Program-made: the position numbers and the translations under genes
NCBI GenBank assembly: GCA_963555995.3
Contig: OY821641.1
Coordinates: 2,368,001 to 2,432,000 of the forward strand
Direction: 5' to 3'
Length of the DNA: 64,000 bases
Source of the DNA: Vicinamibacteria bacterium
GTDB taxonomy: Bacteria > Acidobacteriota > Vicinamibacteria > Marinacidobacterales > Marinacidobacteraceae
Shown here: positions 20,633-30,481 of the stretch, piece by piece
How the letters are laid out: each line of letters opens with the position of its first letter
How positions within the stretch are numbered: position 1 is the first letter of the stretch
The notes under the pieces: generated by a model
Told to the model about the DNA's origin: nothing
Database searches by the model: none
The model's input: the letters and a program-made list of their open reading frames with translations, nothing else

Positions 20633-20801
20633 ATGCGAATGACGATCTCGCTCCCTGAGGAGCGGGTGAAGCGGCCGGCGGAACTGTGCCGAGATGAGGG
20701 CATCTCGCGTCCGTAGGCGGGAAGATGTGTTCGGTATGTGGAGGGGACGAGCGATGGAGGGTCTTGTCGCTGAGCGATCCCTCCGGGAGGAGTGGCGCTG
20801 A
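20633..20801 (+). pseudogene. Degraded ribbon-helix-helix (CopG/VapB-like) antitoxin
   Basis: MRMTISLPEERVKRPAELCRDEGISRP* followed in another frame by EDVFGMWRGRAMEGLVAERSLREEWR*; both halves fit RHH antitoxins usually paired with PIN toxins. Confidence 0.65.
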
Positions 20802-20867
20802 CTCGAAAGAAGCCGCTGGTCTTCGGAACGGCACGCGGCCCGTAGGGATGCTCGGTCGCATGGCGCA

Positions 20868-20928
20868 CCGGCTTGGAACGCCGGTCTCCAGACCGGCACG
20901 CGCTGCGCTCCGCGCAGCGCACGGCGCG
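20868..20928 (+). repeat. REP-like two-hairpin repeat
   Basis: CCGGCTTGGAACGCCGGTCTCCAGACCGGCACGCGCTGCGCTCCGCGCAGCGCACGGCGCG; inverted relative to 20489-20548. Confidence 0.85.
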
Positions 20929-20969
20929 GCGCCCTCCCGCCACCGGGCGCCAGGGGCCACCTATGCGCT

Positions 20970-21797
20970 TCAGACAGCCCGCCGGCGGAGCCGGTAGGCC
21001 GCGTGGCGGCCGTCATGGTGGAAGCGGGCGACCTCGTATCCCCGATCGAAGAGCCCAACCAGGGCGGTCCGGCTCTTCTCCCGCCAGTCCATCGCAAGCC
21101 CGATGTCCCGCTTCAGGATTTCATTGAAGTCGGCGGGGATCCGGTAGAGGACCTCCCCGTCGCCGCCGGCGGGCGCCGTTTCGTCGCCGCTTACCGGGAG
21201 TCCGTCCCCGCGGAACGCAACGGCGTTGACCGCCGGCAGATCGGGGATTCCCGGAGGCGGAATCAACTCGCCGCGACGGGCGCGTGCCACCCGCTCGGAA
21301 TCGAGCTGCCAGTCCGGTTCCAGGCGGTCGGTCGGCAACCCGCCGTGGAGGGGGCTGTTGCTGTTGCCGTACACGTTCAGGCGGTACACCGACGAGACGC
21401 AGCCGAGGTGGTTGATGTTCAGGTTCCCGTTCCGCGCCTGGAGCGGATCGAAGGTCCAGTTCACGCGCCGGACGCCCTGGGCCAGGACCCGGTCGGCCTG
21501 CGCCCACTTGAGCGCCAGGCCGATGCCGGACCCTTGGTACTCGGGGCGCACCGCGAGCATGTGCGAGTGGTGGAACGGCTCTCCTGCGCCTTGCCCGGGA
21601 AACCCGCACACGAACCCGGCCATCCGTTCGCCGACGAAGGCGCCGGCTGTGATCGCGCCGTAATGGCCCATGACCGCCATGAGCCCCGCCGGGACCACGT
21701 CCAGCTCGATGAAGCCCCAGACCTCCTGCTGGATCGCCTCGCATATCTTCATGTCGTCCATGCCGGCGAGGTCGCGGATCGAGAAGTCCTGGGGCAC
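20970..21797 (-). CDS. GNAT-family acyltransferase (COG3375-like)
   Basis: HSHMLAVRPEYQGSGIGLALKWAQ, WTFDPLQARN, GLPTDRL, WRE; TACACT -10 upstream on the minus strand. Confidence 0.8.
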   Translation of the reverse strand: MPQDFSIRDLAGMDDMKICEAIQQEVWGFIELDVVPAGLMAVMGHYGAITAGAFVGERMAGFVCGFPGQGAGEPFHHSHMLAVRPEYQGSGIGLALKWAQADRVLAQGVRRVNWTFDPLQARNGNLNINHLGCVSSVYRLNVYGNSNSPLHGGLPTDRLEPDWQLDSERVARARRGELIPPPGIPDLPAVNAVAFRGDGLPVSGDETAPAGGDGEVLYRIPADFNEILKRDIGLAMDWREKSRTALVGLFDRGYEVARFHHDGRHAAYRLRRRAV

Positions 21798-21917
21798 GTC
21801 GCTACCGAGAGGGCGGCAAGTGTAAGGAAGCGCACCCCCGGACGCGCCCCGGAAATCCCGCGCGCAGCCCACGTCTCCACGCCCGGAAACGGGACGCCAC
21901 ACTAGAATCCCGGCCCG

Positions 21918-22448
21918 TTGACCGACCTCCTCCGAGGGCGCCGTCCCCAACTGTTCGCCCTCTTCGCGGGGGTCCTGATCGCCGACCGCGTCACCAAGAT
22001 CCTCGCCGAGCGGTCGCTCTCGATGGGGAGCCCGGTGGAGGTGATCCCCGGGTTCTTCCAGCTCACGCTGGTCCACAACACCGGGATGGCCTTCGGACTA
22101 CTCGGGAGCGCCTCGATTCCGGGGAAGGCGTGGCTGCTGACCGCCGTTTCGACGGGACTCCTCGTCGCGATCGTCTGGTTCGCGTGGCGCGCCGGACCGC
22201 TGACCACCATGACCACCGTCGGGATCGTCGCGATGCTGTCGGGCGCCGTCGGCAACATCCTCGACCGGGTCCTCTACGGATACGTGGTGGACTTCTTCGA
22301 CTTCTACGCCGGCAGCGCCCACTGGCCCGCCTTCAACATCGCGGACGCGATGATCTGCACCGGGGTCGGCCTGCTCGTGCTGGAGAGCGTCCGGGACCTG
22401 CGGCGGGAAGCCCGCGCGGCGGCTCAGGAAGACCCGAGCGGGGGCTGA
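21918..22448 (+). CDS. lspA: Lipoprotein signal peptidase II
   Basis: DRVTK, NTGMAFG, GAVGNILDR, VVDF, FNIAD. Confidence 0.95.
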   Translation: MTDLLRGRRPQLFALFAGVLIADRVTKILAERSLSMGSPVEVIPGFFQLTLVHNTGMAFGLLGSASIPGKAWLLTAVSTGLLVAIVWFAWRAGPLTTMTTVGIVAMLSGAVGNILDRVLYGYVVDFFDFYAGSAHWPAFNIADAMICTGVGLLVLESVRDLRREARAAAQEDPSGG

Positions 22449-22451
22449 TTC

Positions 22452-23243
22452 GTGTTCCCCCGGCTCGCGGACTTCGGTTCGTTCGAACTCTTCGGACGGA
22501 CCTTCCACCCCATCCTCCACACCTACGGCATCCTCATGTTCGCCGGGTTCATCGGCGGGCTCTACGTGGCGGCGAAACGCGCGCCGCGCTACGGCATCCA
22601 GCCGCAGCACATCTACGACCTCGGGCTCTACCTGGTGATCGGGGCGCTGGTCGGCGCCAAGGTGCTGCTGATCCTGCTGGACCCGGCGCGGTTCCTGGCG
22701 AATCCCGGCGGTTTCATCACGGCCGGGGGCGTCTTCTTCGGCGGCCTGCTGGGAGCGGTCGGCGCCACCATCTGGTTCTTCCGGAAGCGCGGGATTCCGG
22801 TCTGGCACGGCGGCGACCTGATGGCGCCCTCGATCGCGCTCGGACACGGGATCGGCCGCCTCGGGTGCTTTGCCGCCGGGTGCTGCTACGGGACCCCGGC
22901 CGAGGGTCTGCCGGCGATCACTTTCACCGACGTCTACGCCAATTCGGTCACCGGGGTGCCGCTGAACGTCGCCCTCCACCCGACCCAGCTCTACGAGGCG
23001 GGTCTCGAATTCGCGCTCTTCTTCTTCCTGCTGTGGCTCGCGCCGCGCCGCAGGTTCGCCGGCCAGCTCTTCCTGACCTGGGCCATCGTCTATCCGGTGT
23101 CCCGGTTCGTCATCGAGTTCCTCCGCGGCGACCCGCGCGGGTTCGTGCTGGACGGGCTGCTTTCCACCTCGCAGTTCGTCGGCATCTGGATCGTCGCCGC
23201 GGCGGTGATCTCGCTTCTTGTCCTCAGAAGACGCGCCGCCTGA
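22452..23243 (+). CDS. lgt: Prolipoprotein diacylglyceryl transferase
   Basis: TYG, GGVFFGG, IGRLGCF..GCCYG, HPTQLYE, RFVIEFLRGD. Confidence 0.93.
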   Translation: MFPRLADFGSFELFGRTFHPILHTYGILMFAGFIGGLYVAAKRAPRYGIQPQHIYDLGLYLVIGALVGAKVLLILLDPARFLANPGGFITAGGVFFGGLLGAVGATIWFFRKRGIPVWHGGDLMAPSIALGHGIGRLGCFAAGCCYGTPAEGLPAITFTDVYANSVTGVPLNVALHPTQLYEAGLEFALFFFLLWLAPRRRFAGQLFLTWAIVYPVSRFVIEFLRGDPRGFVLDGLLSTSQFVGIWIVAAAVISLLVLRRRAA

Positions 23244-24240
23244 GTCGCCAGGCGACGGCGGCGAGACGCATCTCGAGTTCGAGGTCGGCGCGGCCGAGGA
23301 CGGCCGGCGCCTCGACCTGATCGCTGCGGAGCTCCTCCCGGACATCAGCCGCAGCGAGGCGGCGCGCTGGGTGGAGGCGGGTCTCGTCCTCCTCGACGGG
23401 CGGGTTCGCCGTCCCGGTCACCGCTGCCGCCCGGGGCAGCGCGTGCGCGTCAGGGCCCCGGGCGACGGCCGCGCCCCACTTTTCGGCGCCCCCGGCGAGA
23501 ACGACCCCCTGTCCCCGGAACCGATGCCGCTCGACGTTCTCCACGAGGATGCGTGGCTGGTCGTGATCGCCAAACCGGCGGGGCTGGTGGTGCACCCGGG
23601 GCCCGGTCACCGGGCGGGGACCCTCGCGAACGGGCTGATCCACCGATACCCGGAGATCGCGCGCGTCGGTCCTCCGGGGCGGCCGGGACTGGTCCATCGC
23701 CTGGACCGGGGCACGAGCGGCGTGCTGGTCGCCGCCCGCACCGAGCCCGCGCGGCTGCGGCTCGCCGAGGCCTTCGCCGAGCGGCAGGTGGAGAAGCAGT
23801 ACCTGGCCCTCGTGATGGGCCGGTTCGGGGAACACCGCCGAATGAACGAACCCATCGGGCGCGACCCGAAGCACGGGCAGCGCTACCGCTGCCGGGGCCG
23901 GCACGCGCGGGCGGCGGAAACCGAAGCCTGGCCCCTCGAAGAGCTGCCGCTCACGACCTTCGTCGGTATCCGCCTCCACACCGGCCGCACCCACCAGGCC
24001 CGCGTCCACCTGGCCCACACCGGCCATCCGATCGCGGGCGACGTGATGTACGGCCCGGGAGCCCCACGCCGCGGCGGCGGCCAGGCGGGCGCGGCGCTCC
24101 GCCGCCTCGAACGCCCGGCGCTGCACGCGGCCGAGATCGCCTTCGCGCATCCGGGAACCGAGAACCCGGTCCGGTTCGCGGCGCCGCTCGCCGAGGACCT
24201 GGAGAGGACGCTCGCGGCGCTGCGCTCGGCAACCGCCTGA
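23218..24240 (+). CDS. rluD: RluA/RluD-family pseudouridine synthase with S4 domain
   Basis: RLD S4 motif, KPAGLVVHP, VHRLDRGTSG, TGRTHQ.RVH, GHPIAGD..YG. Confidence 0.9.
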   Translation: MSSEDAPPESPGDGGETHLEFEVGAAEDGRRLDLIAAELLPDISRSEAARWVEAGLVLLDGRVRRPGHRCRPGQRVRVRAPGDGRAPLFGAPGENDPLSPEPMPLDVLHEDAWLVVIAKPAGLVVHPGPGHRAGTLANGLIHRYPEIARVGPPGRPGLVHRLDRGTSGVLVAARTEPARLRLAEAFAERQVEKQYLALVMGRFGEHRRMNEPIGRDPKHGQRYRCRGRHARAAETEAWPLEELPLTTFVGIRLHTGRTHQARVHLAHTGHPIAGDVMYGPGAPRRGGGQAGAALRRLERPALHAAEIAFAHPGTENPVRFAAPLAEDLERTLAALRSATA

Positions 24241-24289
24241 ACCGCCCGTTCGGTCTCCTGATCGCATAGGATTCGCGCGGTCAGCCGGA

Positions 24290-24823
24290 ATGAACACGGT
24301 TCTCGGAAACGAGGGGTTCCGGGCAGCGCTATTCCGGCTCGGGGACCTGGTGGCGGCCCGGGCGCCGGATCCACTGGCCATTCTGGGCATCCGCCGCCGG
24401 GGGGTGCCGCTCGCGGCGCGCATCCGCCGGCATCTCGAGAGCGCCGGCCGCCGGGACATCCCGGTCGGGGAACTGGACATCAACCTCTACCGGGACGATG
24501 TCCACGACCGGGGCATCCCCCGCATCGGCGAGACGCGCATCCCGTTCGCCCTCGAGGAGCATCACATCCTGCTGGTGGACGACGTCCTCTTCACCGGCCG
24601 GACGGTCCGGGCGGCGCTCACCGCGCTCAGCAACTTCGGGCGACCGCGGAGCGTCCGGCTGGCGGTCATGGTGGACCGGGGCGGGCGGGAGCTGCCCATC
24701 GCCGCCGACTTCGTGGGTCTGCGTGTCGAGGCGGGTGACGCGGACATGGTTCGGGTCCGGGTCGAAGAGGAGGACGGTGAGGACGGGGTCGTCATGCTGC
24801 CCCGCGGAGAGGCCGCGGCATGA
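24290..24823 (+). CDS. pyrR: Pyrimidine operon regulator / uracil phosphoribosyltransferase
   Basis: GIRRRGVPLA, LDINLYRDD, LVDDVLFTGRTVRAA, DRGGRELPI. Confidence 0.92.
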   Translation: MNTVLGNEGFRAALFRLGDLVAARAPDPLAILGIRRRGVPLAARIRRHLESAGRRDIPVGELDINLYRDDVHDRGIPRIGETRIPFALEEHHILLVDDVLFTGRTVRAALTALSNFGRPRSVRLAVMVDRGGRELPIAADFVGLRVEAGDADMVRVRVEEEDGEDGVVMLPRGEAAA

Positions 24824-25752
24824 GACACCTGCTGGGCATCCGCAGCCTCACCCCCGAGGAGGCGCTCGGGATCCTGGACGAGGCGCCCCGCTACCAGGAC
24901 GTGGCCGACCAGCCGGTGCCGCGGGTTCCGGTCCTTGTCGGGCGGACGGTGACCCACCTCTTCATGGAGCCCTCGACGCGCACCCAGGCGTCGTTCCAGC
25001 TCGCCGCCAAGCGGCTCTCGGCGGAACCTCTCTCCTTCGTTCCCAAGTCCTCCTCGCTGACCAAGCGGGAGACTTTCCTGGACACCGCCCGCACGCTCGC
25101 TTCGATGGCGCCCGACATCGTGGTGGTCCGGAGCGCGGAGTCGGGGGCCCCCCACGTACTGGCGCGGGAGATTCCCACGGCGCAGGTCATCAACGCGGGT
25201 GACGGGATCAGCGAGCATCCCACCCAGGCGCTGCTCGACGCGTTCACCATCCGGAAGCACCTCGGACGCATCGCGGGCGTGCGGGTGACGATCATCGGCG
25301 ACCTGCTGCACAGCCGGGTGTTCCGGTCGAATGCCCGCCTCCTGACGATGCTGGGCGCCGAGGTGCGCTGCTGCGGGCCGCCGACGCTCGTCCCCCCCGG
25401 ACTCGGCCGGCTGGGGGTCCGGCCACTGCTCCACGTGGAGGAAGCCCTCGAAGGCGCCGAGGCGGTCATGGTGCTCCGCATCCAGCACGAGCGGATGCAC
25501 GCCTCCTTCATCCCCACCGAACGCGAGTACTACCGCGAGTTCGGCCTCACCGGCGAGCGCCTCGCCCGGACCGATGACGCCATCGTGCTGCATCCGGGCC
25601 CCCTCAACCGGGGCGTCGAGATCTCCTCGGAGGTGGCGGACGGACCCCGATCGGTGATTCTGGACCAGGTGCGGAACGGGGTCGCCGTCCGGATGGCGGT
25701 ACTCGCGGAGATCGCCCGCAGCAGTCCCAGGAGTCACCGGACCGATGGCTGA
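24820..25752 (+). CDS. pyrB: Aspartate carbamoyltransferase catalytic subunit
   Basis: EPSTRT, INAGDG..HPTQ, GDLLHSRV, LRIQHER, HPGPLNRGVE. Confidence 0.96.
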   Translation: MRHLLGIRSLTPEEALGILDEAPRYQDVADQPVPRVPVLVGRTVTHLFMEPSTRTQASFQLAAKRLSAEPLSFVPKSSSLTKRETFLDTARTLASMAPDIVVVRSAESGAPHVLAREIPTAQVINAGDGISEHPTQALLDAFTIRKHLGRIAGVRVTIIGDLLHSRVFRSNARLLTMLGAEVRCCGPPTLVPPGLGRLGVRPLLHVEEALEGAEAVMVLRIQHERMHASFIPTEREYYREFGLTGERLARTDDAIVLHPGPLNRGVEISSEVADGPRSVILDQVRNGVAVRMAVLAEIARSSPRSHRTDG

Positions 25753-27040
25753 ACGGCCGGTGGTCCTCCGCAGGGCCCGCGTCGTTGATCCGGCGGGCGA
25801 AATCGACGCCGTCCGGGATCTTCGCCTCGCGGAAGGACGGATCGCCGCCGTCGGCGAGGATCTCGCCGAACCCGGCGACCGGATCGTGGACGTGGACGGA
25901 CTGGTGGCGGCGCCCGGCTTCTGCGACATGCACGTCCACTTCCGCGAGCCGGGTCTCGAATACAAGGAGACGGTGGCGAGCGGGGCCGCCGCCGCAGTCG
26001 CCGGCGGGTTCACTGCGGTGGCCTGCATGGCGAACACCGATCCGGTGAACGACAGCCCTTCGGTGACCGCCCACATCCGCCAGTTGGCGGAGCAGGCCGG
26101 CCTCGCGCGGGTGCACCCGATCGCCGCCACCACGCAGGGGATGGCCGGCGAGCGGATCTCCGAGTTCGGCGCCCTCAAGGAGGCCGGCGCGGTCGCCGTC
26201 TCCGACGATGGGCTCCCGGTGGGCGATCCCGCGGTCATGCGGAAGGCGCTCGAGTATTCGAGGCTCCACGACCTTCCGGTAATCGAACACTGCGAGACCC
26301 TGGAACTGACCGGCGACGGCGCGATGCGCGAGGGCGCCTACGCCGCCTGGATCGGACTCCCGGGAATCCCCGCCGCCTCGGAGTTCATCGCGGTCGAGCG
26401 GAACATCGCCCTCGCCGAGATCACCGACGCCCGTCTCCACATCGCGCACCTCTCGACCGCGCGTTCCGCCGCCGCGGTGCGCCGCGCCAAGGCCGCCGGA
26501 CTGCGAGTCACCGCCGAGGTGACGCCGCACCATCTGGTCCTGACCGAAGAGGCGGTCGGCGACTACGACACCGCGGCCAAGATGAAACCGCCGCTCGCCG
26601 CCGACGCCGACCGCGATGCCCTCCTGACGGCCATCGCCGACGGCACCGCCGACGCCATCGCCACCGACCACGCCCCGCACCACGAAGACGAGAAGAAGCT
26701 CTGTTTCCAGAGCGCGCCGTTCGGGATCGTGGGGCTCGAGACCGCGGTACCGCTCGTCCTCGATCGCCTGGTGGCGTCCGGCGCGGTCTCCCTCGCGCAG
26801 GCGGTCCGGCTGCTCTCCACGGGTCCGCGCCGGATCCTCGGCCTCCCGGGCGGCGACCTCCGGCCCGGAAGTCCCGCGGACATCACCCTGCTCGACCTCG
26901 ACGCCACCGGCACGGTCGCTCCTGAGTCGTTCCGGAGCCGGGGACGGAGCACTCCGTTCGCCGGGCTCTCGCTGAAGGGGCAGGTCGCGGCGACCTGGGT
27001 CGGAGGGCGCGAGGTCTATTCGCGAGATAGCGGCCGGTAA
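25745..27040 (+). CDS. pyrC: Dihydroorotase
   Basis: DMHVHFREPG, AGGFT, EVTPHHL, K.KPPL, ATDHAPH. Confidence 0.95.
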   Translation: MAERPVVLRRARVVDPAGEIDAVRDLRLAEGRIAAVGEDLAEPGDRIVDVDGLVAAPGFCDMHVHFREPGLEYKETVASGAAAAVAGGFTAVACMANTDPVNDSPSVTAHIRQLAEQAGLARVHPIAATTQGMAGERISEFGALKEAGAVAVSDDGLPVGDPAVMRKALEYSRLHDLPVIEHCETLELTGDGAMREGAYAAWIGLPGIPAASEFIAVERNIALAEITDARLHIAHLSTARSAAAVRRAKAAGLRVTAEVTPHHLVLTEEAVGDYDTAAKMKPPLAADADRDALLTAIADGTADAIATDHAPHHEDEKKLCFQSAPFGIVGLETAVPLVLDRLVASGAVSLAQAVRLLSTGPRRILGLPGGDLRPGSPADITLLDLDATGTVAPESFRSRGRSTPFAGLSLKGQVAATWVGGREVYSRDSGR

Positions 27041-27915
27041 TGCCGCCGCGGGGGTGGGAGGACGCCGTAGAGCGCGTTTTCCGGCGGCACGGCGCCGGCA
27101 GTCTCGACTCCGACCCCCTCCTGTTCCCCCGCCGCTTCCGGCGCGCCGACGACCGGGAGATCGCGGCGTTCTTCGCCGCGTCGCTCTCCTACGGGAACGC
27201 CCGCGCGGTGTGCTCCTCGCTCGAACGGATCTTCGCGTGGACCGGGCCGCATCCCGCGCGCTTCGTGCGGGAATTCGACCCGGGGCGGGATGCTGCGGCG
27301 CTGGGCGGCTTCCGGCACCGCTGGTCGAGCGCAGGAGATCTCGTCCGGCTCGCGGTCATGCTCCGCGGCATCCTCGAAGAACACGGGACGGTGGAAGCCC
27401 TGTTCGGCCGGGGCATCCTCCGCGAGTCCGGCGGACGGGTGGACCTTGCGGCGAGCATCGGGCGGTTCCGGCGGGCGGCCCTCGCGTACGACGAGGCGCC
27501 AGCGGTGATCAAAGATGTCTCCCGGCCCGGTCCCCGCTACTTCTTCCCGGACCCGCGCACCTCGGCCGCGAAGCGCACCACCATGTTCCTGCGCTGGGTC
27601 GTCCGGCCGGACGACGGACTGGACCTGGGGCTCTGGGACTGCCTCCAGTCGCGCGACCTGGTGGCGCCGCTCGACACCCACATGTTCCTGATCGCGCGGC
27701 GATTGCGTCTGACCCGCCGGAAGACGCCGGCGTGGCGGGCGGCGCTCGACCTGACGCGGGGACTCCGGCGGCTGGACCCGGAAGACCCGGTGAAGTACGA
27801 CTTCGCGCTCAGCCGGTTGGGGATCGTGGAGGGGTGCCCGCGGCACCGGCGGAGCGAGCCGTGCGAGCTGTGTGGGTTGTTGGGGAGGCTGCACTCCCGG
27901 CCGGGCACGCCATGA
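27040..27915 (+). CDS. TIGR02757/DUF2400-family protein
   Basis: SDPL.FP, DREI, SYG, SAAKR..MFLRWVVR, PLDTH, DPEDPVKYDFAL. Confidence 0.85.
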   Translation: MPPRGWEDAVERVFRRHGAGSLDSDPLLFPRRFRRADDREIAAFFAASLSYGNARAVCSSLERIFAWTGPHPARFVREFDPGRDAAALGGFRHRWSSAGDLVRLAVMLRGILEEHGTVEALFGRGILRESGGRVDLAASIGRFRRAALAYDEAPAVIKDVSRPGPRYFFPDPRTSAAKRTTMFLRWVVRPDDGLDLGLWDCLQSRDLVAPLDTHMFLIARRLRLTRRKTPAWRAALDLTRGLRRLDPEDPVKYDFALSRLGIVEGCPRHRRSEPCELCGLLGRLHSRPGTP

Positions 27916-27930
27916 GGGCGCGTGGGGTTA

Positions 27931-27983
27931 CGACGTGCGCGTCGCGGAGCGCCGCGCGTGCCGGTGTGAACACCGGCGCTCCC
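27931..27983 (-). repeat. REP-like two-hairpin repeat between convergent genes
   Basis: Reverse complement GGGAGC-GCCGGTGT-TC-ACACCGGC-AC-GCGCGGCGC-TCC-GCGACGCGC-ACGTCG. Confidence 0.8.
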
Positions 27984-27988
27984 CTCCC

Positions 27989-29545
27989 CTACCGGACCGT
28001 CACCCGGGAGCGTTCGGCGAGGGTGCCCTGGGCGCGCTCGACCGCGACGATGGCCTTGTTGTAGTCAATGATCGCCTGGAGTTCGTTGGCGCGGGCCTGG
28101 GCGAGGTCGCGCTGCGCCTGGACGATGAAGTAGCTGGTGGTCATCCCGACCTCGAACTTCTTCTGCTCGGCGTCGAGGCTCGCCTCCTGCAGCTCGCGGG
28201 CGACCCGGCTGGCGTCGATCCGCCGCCGGTTCGTCTCCACCTGGCGCACCGCGGTGCGGACCTCCTGAGCGATCAGGACCTCCTGCTGCCGGATGGTTTC
28301 GCGCTGCCGGGTGAGATCGGTCTGCGCCTGGGCGTGGTCCGCGTGCGCCTGGTTGGGACCGATGGGATACGAGAAGGAGAGTCCGAGTTGCCAGTCCCGA
28401 TAGTCGAGGCCGCCCAGTTGGGAGAGCGCGTCGCCGTAACCGCCCGGAATCGTGTCCACGGCGGGTCCGAAGAACCCCTCGCGCACGAGCTGGGTCCCGC
28501 CGACCCCGGTGAGTTGGACCAGCCCCACCAGGTCCACCGAAGGAAGCGTCTGGTTGCGGAAGTACCGCACGTCGTACTGGTTGGTGTCCAACTGGACGCG
28601 CTGGGAGCGCAGCTCGGGCCGGCGCTGGAGCGCTACCCGGATGGCGTCCTCCGTGTTGACGGCGTAGTCCTCATTCGACGGGGCATCAACGGGACGGATC
28701 TCCCCGTCCCAGAACCCGACCCCGTCGGGATCGCGGATCAGCGCCTTGAGCGCATCCTCGGTCTGGCGGATCTGCTCCTCCGCCAGGATCAGCTCTTCCT
28801 CGCGGGCCGCCGCCTCCGCCTGCGCCTGCAGCACGTCGATCGGCGCCATGGTCCCCACTTCCACCTGCACCTGGTTGTTGCGCAGCAGGTCCCGCGCCAG
28901 CTCGAGCGACTGCGTGGCGACCTCGTGGCTCCGGATGGCGAAGACGAGATCCCAGTAGGCGTTCTGGACGTCGCGCAGCACGTCCAGCACACTGGTCTCG
29001 AACTCGTGCCCCGCCTGCCGCTCGCCGTTCTGCGAAATCACGATCTGGCGCCGCTGCGGGTCGGCGCGGAAGTTCTGGAGCAGCGGTTGGGTGACCTGGG
29101 CATTCAGGGTGCTGCGGTAGCGCGGGTTGAAGGTGAAGAACTGGCTGTTGGTGGCCAGCCGGTTGTTGTTGAACTGGACCGAGTAGTTGGCGCCGAAGGG
29201 GAGTTGCTGCTCGAAACGCAGGTTGTAGTTCAGGTTGTCGCGCTCGTTCTGGGCGGCGCCGTCGAGCTGGCTCTCCGCCGGCGAAAGGCTTTCCAGGAAG
29301 TTGGTGTCCAGGACCATCTGCGGCGTGTACACCCGCCGGGCCGCCGAGAGCGCGAAGCCGGACGACTGCCGGGCCAACCGCGAAATCTGGACGCTCAGGT
29401 TGTTCTCGAGCGCCTGCTGGATGGCGTCTTCGAGGCTCAGCTCGAGGGGCGCCGGCTGGCCGGCAACGTCCTCCTCGGGAGAACCTGCGAAGGCCGTGCC
29501 CGGCAGGCCCAGCGAAAGGACAAGAATTGCGGTGGTGGTGCGCAT
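27989..29545 (-). CDS. TolC-family outer membrane efflux protein
   Basis: Signal peptide, LSLEDAIQQALENN, VQNAYWDL, ALQRRPEL, EQKKFEVG, AQRDL. Confidence 0.9.
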   Translation of the reverse strand: MRTTTAILVLSLGLPGTAFAGSPEEDVAGQPAPLELSLEDAIQQALENNLSVQISRLARQSSGFALSAARRVYTPQMVLDTNFLESLSPAESQLDGAAQNERDNLNYNLRFEQQLPFGANYSVQFNNNRLATNSQFFTFNPRYRSTLNAQVTQPLLQNFRADPQRRQIVISQNGERQAGHEFETSVLDVLRDVQNAYWDLVFAIRSHEVATQSLELARDLLRNNQVQVEVGTMAPIDVLQAQAEAAAREEELILAEEQIRQTEDALKALIRDPDGVGFWDGEIRPVDAPSNEDYAVNTEDAIRVALQRRPELRSQRVQLDTNQYDVRYFRNQTLPSVDLVGLVQLTGVGGTQLVREGFFGPAVDTIPGGYGDALSQLGGLDYRDWQLGLSFSYPIGPNQAHADHAQAQTDLTRQRETIRQQEVLIAQEVRTAVRQVETNRRRIDASRVARELQEASLDAEQKKFEVGMTTSYFIVQAQRDLAQARANELQAIIDYNKAIVAVERAQGTLAERSRVTVR

Positions 29546-29689
29546 GAGGCGTCTCCTCGAGAAAGAACGGGGGAGCGGTCCGGCAGGGATCTCATCTACA
29601 AGACGCGCCCAGGCCGAATTTTCTACCGTCACTCCATGAATACGCACATCCCCCGCCCGGGGTTTCGCTCCTGACGTCGCGGAGGCATC

Positions 29690-30469
29690 ATGGGATCAAC
29701 GGTCCGCGTGCGTCTGGATCTCGCCTATGACGGGACCGACTTCGCCGGCTGGCAACGCCAGCCGGACCGCGACACCGTCCAGGGGCGGATCGAAGCAGCC
29801 GTCGGGCGGCTCTACCGCCAGGCCCCCGGGCAAGGGACGCCCGTGGTCGGCGCCGGGAGGACCGACGCCGGCGTTCACGCCGAAGGACAGGTGGCTCACT
29901 TCGATGCACCCGCCAGCATTCCGCCCGCCGGGATACGGGCGGGGCTGAACGCCCTGCTGCCTGACGCGATCCGGGTGCTCGCCGCCGCCGAAGCCGCGCC
30001 GGACTTCCACGCCCGATTCAGCGCGGCCGGCAAGACGTACCGCTATCACGTGCTCACGGAGGCGGTCGTTTCGCCCCTGCGGAGCCGCTACGCCTGGCCG
30101 GTGGGCGGCGGCCTCTCCCGGGAGGCCATGGAGGCGGGCGCCGCCGCTTTCGCGGGCCGCCACGACTTCCGCGCCTTCTTCAGCGCGCCCCCCGGGGAAG
30201 AGCCGGAGACGCCGGTCCGGAACGTCTTCACGGCGCGCTTTGTCGCGGCCGGCAGTGAACTGGTCTTCGAGGTCACGGCGGAGGGGTTCCTCCGTTACAT
30301 GGTTCGCCGGATGGTGGGGACCCTGGTGGCGATCGGGCGGGGACAGCTTCCGCCAGAACGGGTTGCGGAGATGCTTGGCGATCCCGAGGCGTCGGGTCCG
30401 AGATTCCGGGCGCCCGCGGCCGGACTCCGCCTCTACCGGGTCCACTACGGGACTCCCGCGCGCTGCTAA
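29690..30469 (+). CDS. truA: tRNA pseudouridine(38-40) synthase
   Basis: YDGTDFAGWQRQ, GRTDAGVHA, FHARFSA, GFLRYMVR. Confidence 0.96.
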   Translation: MGSTVRVRLDLAYDGTDFAGWQRQPDRDTVQGRIEAAVGRLYRQAPGQGTPVVGAGRTDAGVHAEGQVAHFDAPASIPPAGIRAGLNALLPDAIRVLAAAEAAPDFHARFSAAGKTYRYHVLTEAVVSPLRSRYAWPVGGGLSREAMEAGAAAFAGRHDFRAFFSAPPGEEPETPVRNVFTARFVAAGSELVFEVTAEGFLRYMVRRMVGTLVAIGRGQLPPERVAEMLGDPEASGPRFRAPAAGLRLYRVHYGTPARC

Positions 30470-30481
30470 ATTCGCGGGTTC

